Source: Granulicella sp.
GTDB lineage: Bacteria > Acidobacteriota > Terriglobia > Terriglobales > Acidobacteriaceae
Direction: 5' to 3'
DNA length: 64,000 nt
Assembly (NCBI GenBank): GCA_027339965.1
Contig: DAHWNL010000009.1
Span: forward strand, 29,733 to 93,732
Shown: piece after piece, positions 31,483-41,578 of the stretch
Layout of the letters: the number at the start of each line of letters is the position of its first letter
Numbering within the stretch: the first letter of the stretch is position 1
Notes under the pieces: model-generated
The model's input: the letters and a program-made list of their open reading frames with translations, nothing else
Told to the model about the DNA's origin: nothing
Database searches by the model: none
Program-made: the position numbers and the translations under genes

Positions 31483-32937
31483 ATGCGAAGACGTATATTC
31501 TTGCAGTCATCGTTGTTGACCTCCGCTTCCATGCTGCTCTGCCGCAGCGGCTGGACAGAGACGGTATCCCCTTCTCCGGTCGTCGTAGATCTGACTATGG
31601 ACCTCTCTGTTCAAGGACATGTCATCCCGCCAGATTTCACGGGTTTGAGCTACGAGCAAACCCAGCTTTCGAATCCAGAGTTCTTCTCAGCTTCTAATTC
31701 CCAGCTGGTAGGGATGATCTCCAGGCTGGGAAGACATGGCGTGCTTCGCCTCGGTGGAGATACCAGCGAGTATACGTTCTGGGACCGAAGCGCCAAGCCT
31801 TCAGGAATTTCCTTGAAGACCACTGCGGGTCCAGACACGGGCCAACATCCCATTCGGCCCGCAACGATCACACCCGATGCGATCCGGCAGCTCAAGACCT
31901 TTCTCGATCAGACAGGTTGGAGCGTGATCTATGGTCTCAACCTCGGGCAAGGCACTCCGGAAAGGGCAGCCGACGAAGCCGCATTTGTCATGCAGACCCT
32001 GGGGCGAGAGAAGATTTTGGCATTCCAGATAGGCAACGAGCCTGACGCCTTTACACTCAATCGCCTACGGCCCAACACCTGGGGCTTGGACGACTATCTG
32101 CTGGAATGGGACCGCTTCTTTCAGGCAGTGCGGGCGCGCGTGCCGGGTGCGCCTTTTGCTGGTCCGGATACTGCCACCCATCTGAACTGGCTTCTGCCTT
32201 TTGCCAGGAAGTTTCAGCATGAAATCAAGTTTCTTTCATCTCACTACTATGCCGTCCACAGGCCAACCGGAACAATTGATCGCCTCCTAACTCCGAACGA
32301 ACGTCTGCAGTTGGAGATCGCTGCCTTTCAGCAAGCGGAGCAGGAGACAGGCTTGAAGTTCCGAATGACGGAAACAAACTCCTGCCCAAGCGGGAAAGAG
32401 GGCGTGAGCGATACATTCGGAGCGGCGATTTGGGCTGCAGACTATATGTATCAACTTGCCGAAGCCGGCTGCATCGGCATCAACTTTCACGGCGGCGGTT
32501 ATGGCTGGTATACACCGATTGCAGGCAACCCGGAAAACGGCTTCTTAGCCAGGCCGGAGTACTACGGTTTGCTGCTGTTCGCCAAAGCTGGTCCAGGGAG
32601 GCTGGTAAGCACCAAGCTCAGCGGAACCGAGGCTTCTCCTCACCTGACCGCCTACGCGCTCCGCGGCCTGGATGGCCGTTTGCGGCTGGCATTATTCAAC
32701 AAGAACGTAGACCGCAACGCAGTCGTCAGGATCCATGGCGCCAACGCCCGCAGTGCAACGGTGACGCGCCTGACAGCTCCACGGCTCAGTGATACGACAG
32801 ACGTCACCTTGGCCGGGAGTGTCGTGGGCGCAGACGGCAACTGGACCGTTTTAGTGGAAGAGCGCTTGTCGAGCCATGAGGGGGTTTACTCGGTCTCTGC
32901 GAAGCGCGGATCGGGTGTCTTGATCGTTTTTGGCTAA
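31483..32937 (+). CDS. Tat-exported GH79-like glycoside hydrolase (beta-glucuronidase/heparanase family)
   Basis: MRRRIFL Tat-like signal; FTGLSYE; LRLGGD; acid/base IGNEPD; nucleophile RMTETNS; GVSDTFGAAIW..DY; INFHGG. Confidence 0.85.
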   Translation: MRRRIFLQSSLLTSASMLLCRSGWTETVSPSPVVVDLTMDLSVQGHVIPPDFTGLSYEQTQLSNPEFFSASNSQLVGMISRLGRHGVLRLGGDTSEYTFWDRSAKPSGISLKTTAGPDTGQHPIRPATITPDAIRQLKTFLDQTGWSVIYGLNLGQGTPERAADEAAFVMQTLGREKILAFQIGNEPDAFTLNRLRPNTWGLDDYLLEWDRFFQAVRARVPGAPFAGPDTATHLNWLLPFARKFQHEIKFLSSHYYAVHRPTGTIDRLLTPNERLQLEIAAFQQAEQETGLKFRMTETNSCPSGKEGVSDTFGAAIWAADYMYQLAEAGCIGINFHGGGYGWYTPIAGNPENGFLARPEYYGLLLFAKAGPGRLVSTKLSGTEASPHLTAYALRGLDGRLRLALFNKNVDRNAVVRIHGANARSATVTRLTAPRLSDTTDVTLAGSVVGADGNWTVLVEERLSSHEGVYSVSAKRGSGVLIVFG

Positions 32938-33138
32938 AGCTAGTTTCATAAACATCTCCGCCGTGTGATCCGCAGGCAGGCAAGGTCGCAGAAGGCTCTG
33001 CACGTGAGCAGGACCTGCCCGTGGCGAACAGGCAGCCTACGGAACTGTCCGAACCATGCGTTGGCGCGGTCGCTCCGTTTGTTCGGAAAGTTTTGGGGTT
33101 TTCTAAGTGGAAGAGCCGTTCGCGATCGTCGAGGCCGT

Positions 33139-33177
33139 GGAAAGGTGAAGATCGGTTTCATCGATCTTCACCTTTCC
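33139..33177. terminator. Perfect 16-bp hairpin between the convergent GH79 and GH43 genes
   Basis: ggaaaggtgaagatcg-gtttcat-cgatcttcacctttcc. Confidence 0.65.
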
Positions 33178-33487
33178 GCCGCCGGCCAGGTGCGTGTCAA
33201 GCTGAAGTCTCTATATCGAAGTGCAAGAATCTGGTGGCAGCTCAGCGAGTTAGCTCATTTTGGCCAGTTGAGTGAGTGGCCACATTCGGCTTTCGATTGG
33301 CGATCAGCAGGGGGTCAGCGATAGCTCCCGCGAAAGTCTGAGCAGGTCTGCTCCGGCATCTTCCCTTGGCGACTGTATGACAACGGGACTGGTTCGCAGC
33401 CCTCAACCCGCCCTTAGGTAGCCCGGTACCCCAGTTCATCCAAAGCCGCCTTGGCTCTGATTAGCCCTTCTGCGGGAAACCGTAGGC

Positions 33488-34906
33488 TCAAACGATCTCC
33501 CAAGACTGCAACCTGGCAATCTCTGCTCCGCTCCCACGCGCCACCAACACCAGGTTTACGCTCCCATCGGCCGAATCAATAGGAATCATAAAATCGCCAT
33601 ACTTTTCCCATCCGCCCGTATTGTGAATCATGGCATGTCCCAGAAGCTCACCCTCTGGATGATCTCGCCGAACCTCGATACTAGCCATTTCGTCTGCCTG
33701 GCTCGAACAATGGAGAATCAGTTTCGCATTCGTGGGAACATTCAGCACATTGGGATAAACGAGAAAACTACCATCCGCAAGCCCTCTCACCTCAAAGCCA
33801 CCTTCCGGGGCCTCCCGGATATACCCGCCCTGGATCTTAAAGTAATCCGCTGCCCCAACCTTGCCTCGCGCAGCATCATATCTGCCGACACCCACACTTC
33901 CAATGTGAATAGGAGCTATCTCTCCATTATCTCGATAATGAATGTAAGAGAGAATCGAGTTTCTGAAAAACTTCTGACTCCCTTTCTGACTCGCATCGTT
34001 GCAGGCAAAGTACCACTGACCGTTGAACTCAAAGAATGACCCATGACGGTCATGTACGATATTGTCCGTTCGGAAATCTGGTTCAGTATCTTCGAGATTT
34101 ACAATGGAACCCTTGCATACGAAGGGTCCATACGGACTCTTGCCCATCGCATAGAAGCATCCCCATGAAAGATAGTAAACTCCATTCCGTTTGTGCAGAA
34201 ATGGCTTATCGTCTGTCTTGCCGACTCCATATGGTCCGACCTTTTTTTCGATCTCAATGAGACGAGGCGCTTCGGCCAGCGAGATCATATCTTCATTCAG
34301 CTTTGCGATGTAATAGTTCCAGGTACCAAAGACGATGTAATTGGAGCCATCGTCATCCATCAAAATGCCGGGGTCACGCTCCTGCGTCGGCGTCAGACCT
34401 TTGGGTATGAGTGGTTTACCGAACGGACTTTGCCATGGACCGGACGGTGTGTCTCCCACGACGACCCCAATCTGATAAGGGCTAGCCGAGAAGTAAAAAT
34501 AGAATTTTCCGTTGCGTGTTCCAGCGTCAGTCGCCCAGCACTCGGTAAATGGTTTACGTAAGAAGGTCTCCTGTGGCTCGAGAAAACTCACAAGCTGCCA
34601 ATGAACCAGGTCGTCGCTGTGCCATACCCACCAATTATCCATACGGAAAAACTTATTTTCCGGTGAATAATCATGCGTCGCATACAAATATACGGATCCA
34701 TTAAACACTCTGACCTGTGGATCACAGAGACCAACGCCCGGAACGATAGGATTTCCGTGGACCGTCAAGCTGTTCTGCTTGGAATTCTTCGTCAACTCTC
34801 CTTTCACGTCCATCCAAAACTCGGATGCCCGCTGCACATTCATGCCAACGCCAAGGCTAGCTAAAGCACCACCTCTTACAAACTCCCTTCGAGTCTGATT
34901 CTTCAT
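33488..34906 (-). CDS. Tat-exported GH43 glycoside hydrolase with C-terminal CBM6-like module
   Basis: TRREFVR signal; NPIVPGVGLCDP; WHSDDLVHW; RDPGILMDDDG; SPYGPF; C-terminal NTGGWEKY motif. Confidence 0.85.
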   Translation of the reverse strand: MKNQTRREFVRGGALASLGVGMNVQRASEFWMDVKGELTKNSKQNSLTVHGNPIVPGVGLCDPQVRVFNGSVYLYATHDYSPENKFFRMDNWWVWHSDDLVHWQLVSFLEPQETFLRKPFTECWATDAGTRNGKFYFYFSASPYQIGVVVGDTPSGPWQSPFGKPLIPKGLTPTQERDPGILMDDDGSNYIVFGTWNYYIAKLNEDMISLAEAPRLIEIEKKVGPYGVGKTDDKPFLHKRNGVYYLSWGCFYAMGKSPYGPFVCKGSIVNLEDTEPDFRTDNIVHDRHGSFFEFNGQWYFACNDASQKGSQKFFRNSILSYIHYRDNGEIAPIHIGSVGVGRYDAARGKVGAADYFKIQGGYIREAPEGGFEVRGLADGSFLVYPNVLNVPTNAKLILHCSSQADEMASIEVRRDHPEGELLGHAMIHNTGGWEKYGDFMIPIDSADGSVNLVLVARGSGAEIARLQSWEIV

Positions 34907-35834
34907 GAAATGCCAACCTTCCCCGGATAGAGTTAGAGAACCTAGAATGTTTTCCTCTGATTAGATCGCTCTCCACCAGGCTTTGGCAAAGAGTTACCGG
35001 TTCTTGACGAGAAACTCTCAGAGATGCTGTTTTAAGTAGCTTTCTGAAAGACGACGAGCTGGGCCTTTGCCTGCTCATTTCTTTTGGGCCTTGGGCGTTA
35101 ACCACCTAGGGTATTATAAACTCGATCTCGTCCAGGAGATCTTGGCGGCTGCGTCGGTTGCGAATGAATCCTGCCGAGATGGACTCGAATGCAAGCTGCG
35201 AGTAGGTTCCGTTCCAGGCAGTCCGCCCTGCGATAAAGGCCTCGTCCGGATACGCCTCTGCAACCGATGGACACAAATGAGAGAACAATCGTGCTCGACA
35301 CCCCTCGCGCCGGCACGGGGAGCCACCTTGCCGGGCCGAAGCATCGCCGGGGCGTCCACCCCCCGTTCCCTTGGCCAACTGATTCCTCGGCACCAAGGCC
35401 GCCCTCCCAAAGCTTCTTGCTGCTCTTCCCCCTGCGCGACGAGTTTCCGAACAACATCTCCTGCCGGAATGCCGGCAGTCAATCATGCGGCGCAGGATCG
35501 TCCTTGATCGTGGCGCGTGCTGGGCAGCGTCGCCAAAAGAATCGCTCTGTACTTTGTCAAGCTGGGGTGAAGTGAAGATACATCACGTTCTGATCGGCAG
35601 CGTCATCCACTGGGAACCTCAAACCTGGCCGCGTTTGAATGCTGTCCTTGGACTTGCCCTCTTTCCGCTCCCGTTCCCCATCGGCCGTCAGATCGGGAGT
35701 CAGGCTGAACTTCGATGGATTTTCCCGTGTGGAGGGGTCTTTCCGCGCCGGGCTGCCGTGGCGCTTTCATTTCACCGCAACTGTTTCCAGCGGGAGGTCT
35801 GTGCACCTATCGCCGATGGCAAAGCTGCCAACTC

Positions 35835-38800
35835 CTACTTGATGTCTCTCCAGTTCCTCCCCAACCCCACCTCCGCCACCAGCGGCACGGAGAACGCCGC
35901 CGCACCCTCCATCTCCCGCTTCACCAGTTCCTGCATCTCCTCAGCCTCCCCCGGAGCCACATCGAAGAGCAGTTCATCATGTACCTGCAGGATCATTGCG
36001 GATTTCATCCCGCGCTCCCGCATCGCCGCATCGATCCGCAGCATCGCCATCTTGATCAGGTCTGCGGAGGTTCCCTGCAACGGAGTATTGATCGCCGTCC
36101 GTTCGGCAAAGCCGCGTTGATTGGGGTTCCGCGATTGAATATCCGGAATCGGGCGCACCCGGCCAAACGCGGTCTTCACAAACTGATCGCGCCGTACCCG
36201 CTCCAGCGTCTCTTCGATAAAGGACGCCACTCCCTTGTATCGCTCAAAGTACCGCTCAATGTACTCTTTGGCAACGCGCTGCTCGATCCCCAACTGCGCG
36301 GCCAGGCCAAAGGGGCTGATCCCATACACGATCCCGAAGTTCACCGCCTTGGCCCGCGAGCGTGTCTCCTTATCCATACCCTCCGCATCCACGCCAAAGA
36401 CCTCCGCGGCGGTCAGCGTATGTATATCCTTGCCTGTGCGATAGGCATCCAGCAGCAGCGGATCCTGGGAGAAGTGAGCCAGCAGCCGTAACTCAATCTG
36501 CGAGTAATCGGCTGACATCAGCAGGTTTCCTGGCGCGGGCACAAACGCCGCGCGAATCTCGCGCCCCAGCACCGTTCGCACCGGAATGTTCTGCAGGTTC
36601 GGATTCGTCGAGCTCAGCCTTCCTGTCGCCGTCCCCACCTGGTTGAATGTGGTGTGGATGCGGCCCTCCGCGTCCACCAGCCCCGGCAGAGCATCCAGAT
36701 AAGTTCCCTTCAGCTTCTGTAGCTGGCGATACTCCAGCACCAACGCCGGCATCTCATGCCCGGCAAGGTCCGTCCGTTGCGCCAGTTCCTCCAGCACATC
36801 CTGCGCCGTGGAGATCACCTTGCCTTTGCCCTGCCGAGAAGGCTTTGGAAGTCCCATCCGGTTGAACAGCACATCTCCGAGTTGCTTGGGAGAGTTGATA
36901 TTGAATCGCAGCGGCACGTCTCCCTCTGCCGCAGCCTGCGCATAGATCTTCTCGGCCAGATCGTCGATGGCGACTGCCAGCCGCGAACTCATCCGCCGCA
37001 GAAGGTCCACATCCACGCGCACGCCCACCTGCTCCATACGCAGCAACACCGGGACCAGCGGCAGGTCCAACTTCCAGTAGAGATCCTCCAGAGTCGAGCG
37101 CTCGTCCAGTCCTGCGCTGGAGATCAGCCCGGGTGCCGGCTTCGTCGTCACTGGCTGCCACAAGCTCAGTTCGGCAGACTCCCCCTTCCCGGCTCCAGCC
37201 TCTTCCTGGTCCGCGTACAACATCCGCGTCGTAATCGCTCCACCCAGGCCCGGCTCATCGCGCAGCCGCTCTCGCTGCGGCGCATCCGCCTGGATCGCTG
37301 CCGACCCCCGCAGGTGCTCGCCCAGCACCTCAGCCAACCGCGCCACCGCCCCGGCAGCCTCGGCCAGCCGACGGGGATCATTCAAATTCGCTTTGGCCGG
37401 CTGATGTTTCAGCACCATGCTGGCCGTCCTTGCAGCGATATCCACCAACGTATGCGAGCTGTGCGCAGGATTCAGCAGATAACTCTCCAGCATCACATCG
37501 GTAATCGCTCCCGCAAGCCTCACGCCGTGCGGCTGCAGCGCCCGAAACACCGCCTTCAGATCGTGTACCTCCTTGGGCAGCGCGACGTCTTCCAACGCCG
37601 CCCGCAGCCCAGCCGCATCTGCCGACGCATCCAGTGTCGTCTCCAACCCCAACCCAGGACTCACCGCCAGACCCACTCGAACCTGCGTCTTCGCCTCCGA
37701 TGGATTCGGGCTCTCCTCCGCTGCTTTGATACCAGCGCCAGGCCCCGGCGCGCTGCCGGCCTCTCCGAACAAGGACATCGTCTGGGCAGGCTCAGGCTCC
37801 CTGTCCGTCTCCTTCTCCTCCTCCGAACGCTCCACCATCTCCTCGGCCGTCGCCGGAGCATCGCTGTCCAAGGCCAACGCCAGGTGACCCTCCTCACGCG
37901 CCCGGGCCAGCAGCCGCGCCAAATCCTCCACACTGGGATGCAGGTAGTAGCTGGTCTGCGACGCTTCCTCATCCGGCGCCAGATCCTTCAGCAGCGTCGA
38001 GAACTCCAGCTCGGTAAACAGCGCCCGGCAGGCCGCGCTGTCCGCAGAGCGCGTCCGCATCGCATCCAGAGAAGGCTCGACCGGCACCGCAGTATGGATC
38101 GTCACCAGCTCCTTGGAGAGCAGAATATTCTCGCGATTCTGCTGTAGCGACTCGCGATACGTCTTCCGTTTCACGTCTGCGGCGCGGTCCAGCGCCGCCT
38201 CCACCGTGCCGAACTCCCGAATCAGATCCACCGATCCCTTGTCGCCGATCCCGGGAGCTCCCGGGACGTTGTCGATCGCATCTCCCCGCAGCGCCATCAC
38301 GTCCACCACCCGCTCTGGAGGAACGCCCAGCACAGCCTCCACTCCGGCCGGATCCAGCACCAGATTGTCCTTGGCCGGATTCAGGATCGAAACCCTCTCA
38401 TTCACCAACTGCATCATGTCCTTGTCCGGCGACACGATGAACACGCGATGTCCCTGCTCAGCGAGCTTGCGGCTCAGCGTGCCGATCACGTCATCGGCCT
38501 CAAAACCCTCGTAATACAGAATGGGGATACGAAACGCTTCCAGCGCCCTCCGGATATACGGCTGCTGCTGAATCAGGTCTGGCGGCGTCTCCGCGCGGTT
38601 GGCCTTGTAGCCCGCATACTCCACCGTCTCAAACTGCTGGGTCTTCGCATTGAACCTGCGCACGCCCTTCATCTGCATGGCTAGCTCATCGCGCAGCAGC
38701 GGAGCTCCCACGTCGTACACCGCCGCCAGATACTCCGGCTTGAAGTCCGCGCGCAGCTTGTTGATCATGTTCACAAATACATACGTCGCTGCGGTTGGAA

Positions 38801-38942
38801 CCCCGGTGCGCGTCGTCATCGGCCTTGACCGCTGCATCGCGTGGTAGGCCCTGAAGATAAACGCCATCGTGTCCAGCAGGTAGACTGGCGGCCTTTCGGC
38901 AGAATCGTTCTGCCGCCGGGCCTGTTCGCCGTTTGTAGTCAT
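35835..38942 (-). CDS. polA: DNA polymerase I
   Basis: 5'-nuclease motifs LLD...IFRAYHA, YKANR, FEADDVIGT, GD.IDNVPG.PGIG.K; polymerase motifs TGRLSS.NPNLQNIP, ADYSQIELR, AKAVNFGIVYG, LQVHDEL. Confidence 0.98.
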   Translation of the reverse strand: MTTNGEQARRQNDSAERPPVYLLDTMAFIFRAYHAMQRSRPMTTRTGVPTAATYVFVNMINKLRADFKPEYLAAVYDVGAPLLRDELAMQMKGVRRFNAKTQQFETVEYAGYKANRAETPPDLIQQQPYIRRALEAFRIPILYYEGFEADDVIGTLSRKLAEQGHRVFIVSPDKDMMQLVNERVSILNPAKDNLVLDPAGVEAVLGVPPERVVDVMALRGDAIDNVPGAPGIGDKGSVDLIREFGTVEAALDRAADVKRKTYRESLQQNRENILLSKELVTIHTAVPVEPSLDAMRTRSADSAACRALFTELEFSTLLKDLAPDEEASQTSYYLHPSVEDLARLLARAREEGHLALALDSDAPATAEEMVERSEEEKETDREPEPAQTMSLFGEAGSAPGPGAGIKAAEESPNPSEAKTQVRVGLAVSPGLGLETTLDASADAAGLRAALEDVALPKEVHDLKAVFRALQPHGVRLAGAITDVMLESYLLNPAHSSHTLVDIAARTASMVLKHQPAKANLNDPRRLAEAAGAVARLAEVLGEHLRGSAAIQADAPQRERLRDEPGLGGAITTRMLYADQEEAGAGKGESAELSLWQPVTTKPAPGLISSAGLDERSTLEDLYWKLDLPLVPVLLRMEQVGVRVDVDLLRRMSSRLAVAIDDLAEKIYAQAAAEGDVPLRFNINSPKQLGDVLFNRMGLPKPSRQGKGKVISTAQDVLEELAQRTDLAGHEMPALVLEYRQLQKLKGTYLDALPGLVDAEGRIHTTFNQVGTATGRLSSTNPNLQNIPVRTVLGREIRAAFVPAPGNLLMSADYSQIELRLLAHFSQDPLLLDAYRTGKDIHTLTAAEVFGVDAEGMDKETRSRAKAVNFGIVYGISPFGLAAQLGIEQRVAKEYIERYFERYKGVASFIEETLERVRRDQFVKTAFGRVRPIPDIQSRNPNQRGFAERTAINTPLQGTSADLIKMAMLRIDAAMRERGMKSAMILQVHDELLFDVAPGEAEEMQELVKREMEGAAAFSVPLVAEVGLGRNWRDIK

Positions 38943-39076
38943 CGCACCCTTCCTGACAACTCCGATGGTAGAGCAATTGCCCTGGCGGCGCAGTCGATCT
39001 CCACGGACGAAGCGGACGTCTCCCCTTCAGAAAAGTTGCCGTACAATGGGCGAACCTTGGAAACAGAGGAAAGCCC

Positions 39077-39577
39077 ATGGCAAAATCCGCAATGAACTGG
39101 ATAGCCCCTTGCATCCTCATCATCACCCTCAGCGCGCTGCTCCTGCCCGGCCAAGCTCGCGCTCTGTCCTGCCCGGCGACCAACGCCGACAAGATGGCTG
39201 CCATTGACACCCTGCGCACCTTCTACGCCCTCGCCAGCGAGGACAATATCCCCGGAATGCACGCCTTGACCTCTCCGAACTTCTATGCCTTCGACGGCGG
39301 CCAGAGCTTCGCCAGCCCCGATAGTCTGATGAAGAACATCCAAAGCTATCGCGACAAAGGCTTCAAGTTCGTTGGGAGCGTCACCGATCCGCACGTCACC
39401 GTTCACTGCGGCGACGCTTGGATACGCTACGTCAATCGAGGGTCTGTGCAGGCGCCAAACCAAGCGCCCGAACCCTACAAATGGCTGGAATCCGCTGTTC
39501 TGGAAAAGCAATCCGGCAGATGAAAGATCGTCTTCTTCCAAAGCACGCCCGTCCCGCCGTTCGCTTCGGCTAAGTAA
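39077..39577 (+). pseudogene. Secreted NTF2/SnoaL-like (DUF4440-type) protein interrupted by an in-frame TGA at 39521-39523
   Basis: The ORF reads ...[30 protein letters not shown]. The family's terminal strand is G-x-W-K-I-x-x-x-x-S, so the TGA sits at the conserved Trp position. Confidence 0.65.
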
Positions 39578-40793
39578 TCAACATACAGTCCCCATAGCTG
39601 AAGAACCGGTACCGTCGCTCCACCGCGTATGCGTAAGCAGCCAGCACGCGCTCCCGCCCCGCAAAGGCTGACACCAGCATCAGCAGCGTCGACTCGGGAA
39701 GATGAAAGTTCGTAATGATCCCGCTCACCACCTTGAACTCCGCGCCCGGTGAAAGAAACAAGCTCGTACTTCCTGAGTGCGGCCAGAACGCCGACCCAAT
39801 CTCCGCGCCTCGCACCTCCGCCTCGCGAGCCACATGCTCCAGCGTCCGCGTGCTCGTGGTCCCGACGGCGATAATTCTCCGCCCCTCCGCCCGCGCCCGA
39901 TTGACCGCCTCGGCCGTCTCCGCGGAGATCGTATAACACTCCGCATGGAGACGAATCTCCTCAGTCCGGCTCACCCGCACCGGCTGAAAGGTTCCCAGCC
40001 CGACGTGCAGCGACAGCGTTGCAATCTCGACGCCACGCTGACACAGATCGGCAAGAATCTCCGGCGTAAAGTGCAGCCCCGCCGTGGGAGCAGCGGCTGA
40101 TCCTGTCACATCCTCACGGCCCAGTGGATGAGAGTAGACCGTCTGGTAACGCTCGCGATCCTCCTCCAGGTCCGGTACATCCTTCTCCCGATGAATGTAG
40201 GGGGGCAACGGCAGGTGCCCGATCCGCTCCAGCACAGCGTAGAAATCCTGCACCGGATCAAACCGCAGCCTCCGCTCGCCAAACTCTCCGGCTCCGGTCA
40301 CCGTCGCCCGCAGCAGCACCTCCTCAGAGCCCAGCGCAAAGAACAGCAGCCTCTGCCCCACGGGAGCCTTCCTGGCCGGTTTCACCAGAGCGCTCCACAC
40401 CTGTCCTTCTGCGGGTCCTTCTGCTCCGGCTCTGTCAGCTCCTATCTCTGGCCGCGCGGCGGCAGCTCCGCCAAGCCGCTCGGTCAAAAGCACCTCCAGC
40501 AATCCTTGCGGCATCTGTCCTCTTAGAGCCGCATCTCCCGCCTGCTCCGCCGCGCTCGTCTGCGCCATGCGCCCCGAGCGGCGGGCATAGAGCCGCGCCG
40601 GGATGACGCGCGAGTCATTCAGCACCAGCAGATCCCCGGCCCGCAGCAACTCCGGCAGATCCCGGAAGCTGCGGTCCGCAAACCGTCCGGTCCTCCGGTC
40701 CAGCGCCAGCATCCGGCTCATCCCGCGCACCTCTACTGGCCGCTGCGCAATCAACTCCTCAGGAAGATCGTAGTGAAACTCTGAAACCAGCAT
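39570..40793 (-). CDS. queA: S-adenosylmethionine:tRNA ribosyltransferase-isomerase
   Basis: [70 protein letters not shown]. Confidence 0.98.
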   Translation of the reverse strand: MLVSEFHYDLPEELIAQRPVEVRGMSRMLALDRRTGRFADRSFRDLPELLRAGDLLVLNDSRVIPARLYARRSGRMAQTSAAEQAGDAALRGQMPQGLLEVLLTERLGGAAAARPEIGADRAGAEGPAEGQVWSALVKPARKAPVGQRLLFFALGSEEVLLRATVTGAGEFGERRLRFDPVQDFYAVLERIGHLPLPPYIHREKDVPDLEEDRERYQTVYSHPLGREDVTGSAAAPTAGLHFTPEILADLCQRGVEIATLSLHVGLGTFQPVRVSRTEEIRLHAECYTISAETAEAVNRARAEGRRIIAVGTTSTRTLEHVAREAEVRGAEIGSAFWPHSGSTSLFLSPGAEFKVVSGIITNFHLPESTLLMLVSAFAGRERVLAAYAYAVERRYRFFSYGDCMLIT

Positions 40794-40894
40794 CCGCCCT
40801 CAATATCCTCCATCACGGCTCCCGCACACCGGCTCCAGTCGCCCGAGTCTGCAATCGCCGTCCACCCACCAGCGCCGCCCTATCCTGACGATCC

Positions 40895-41548
40895 TCAACC
40901 ACGGCCATCGGCAGGCGCGGCTTCACCCGCCACTGCCAGCCCCACCGCCTCTTCCATAGCCTTCTGCAGCCGCTCCAGATCCGCGCCGACGTGCGCCGCC
41001 CACCCCACCGTCACCGTCGCAAACGGTTTGGGAATCGCGAAACAATCCCAGCTCTTCAGATACCACGCTCGCGACGGCTCTGCGTGGTACGCTCCAATCC
41101 ACGTAGCGCTCGTCAGCTCTGCCAAATGCACCGGCCCGGGCTTGGCCACGCGCGCCGGTCCCCTCGGCCCATCGGCTGTAAATGCGCACTTGTGTCCATC
41201 CGCGTAGGCCTGCTGCAGGATGCGCAGCGCCGTGGCCCCACCCCTTGAACTCGATCCCCGCACCGCCACAAAGCCCAGCCGCTCCACCGTCCGGGCAATC
41301 AGCTCCCCATCGAACGATCTCGAGATCAGAATCGCCACGCCCATGTCCCGAAAACGATGTGCGCAGATCAAGGTGCTGCAGTGCCAGAAGCAGAAGATTC
41401 CTCGCCCGGGAATCAACTGTCCCGCGACCGTTCCCGAAGCGCACACATCGCGATAGCGCAGCGTCGCCCCCAGCGCCCGCACCATCCAGGCCACCAGCGG
41501 GGGCACAATCGCCAGCACCAGCCTCTGCTTCCACGTGAAAACCTGCAC
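40895..41548 (-). CDS. DUF374 / lysophospholipid acyltransferase family protein
   Basis: IFCFWH; LISRSFDGELIA; VRGSSSRGG; FTADGPRGP; SWD.F.IPKPF. Start is GTG 41548 or 41554. Confidence 0.85.
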   Translation of the reverse strand: MQVFTWKQRLVLAIVPPLVAWMVRALGATLRYRDVCASGTVAGQLIPGRGIFCFWHCSTLICAHRFRDMGVAILISRSFDGELIARTVERLGFVAVRGSSSRGGATALRILQQAYADGHKCAFTADGPRGPARVAKPGPVHLAELTSATWIGAYHAEPSRAWYLKSWDCFAIPKPFATVTVGWAAHVGADLERLQKAMEEAVGLAVAGEAAPADGRG

Positions 41549-41578
41549 GCTCACGAGTCTACCGCCTGCAAAGCCGCC

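Noticed and set aside
35097..35125. dif/XerCD-like site (gttaaccacctagggtattataaactcg)
   Set aside because: The XerD arm match to TTATGTTAAAT is poor.
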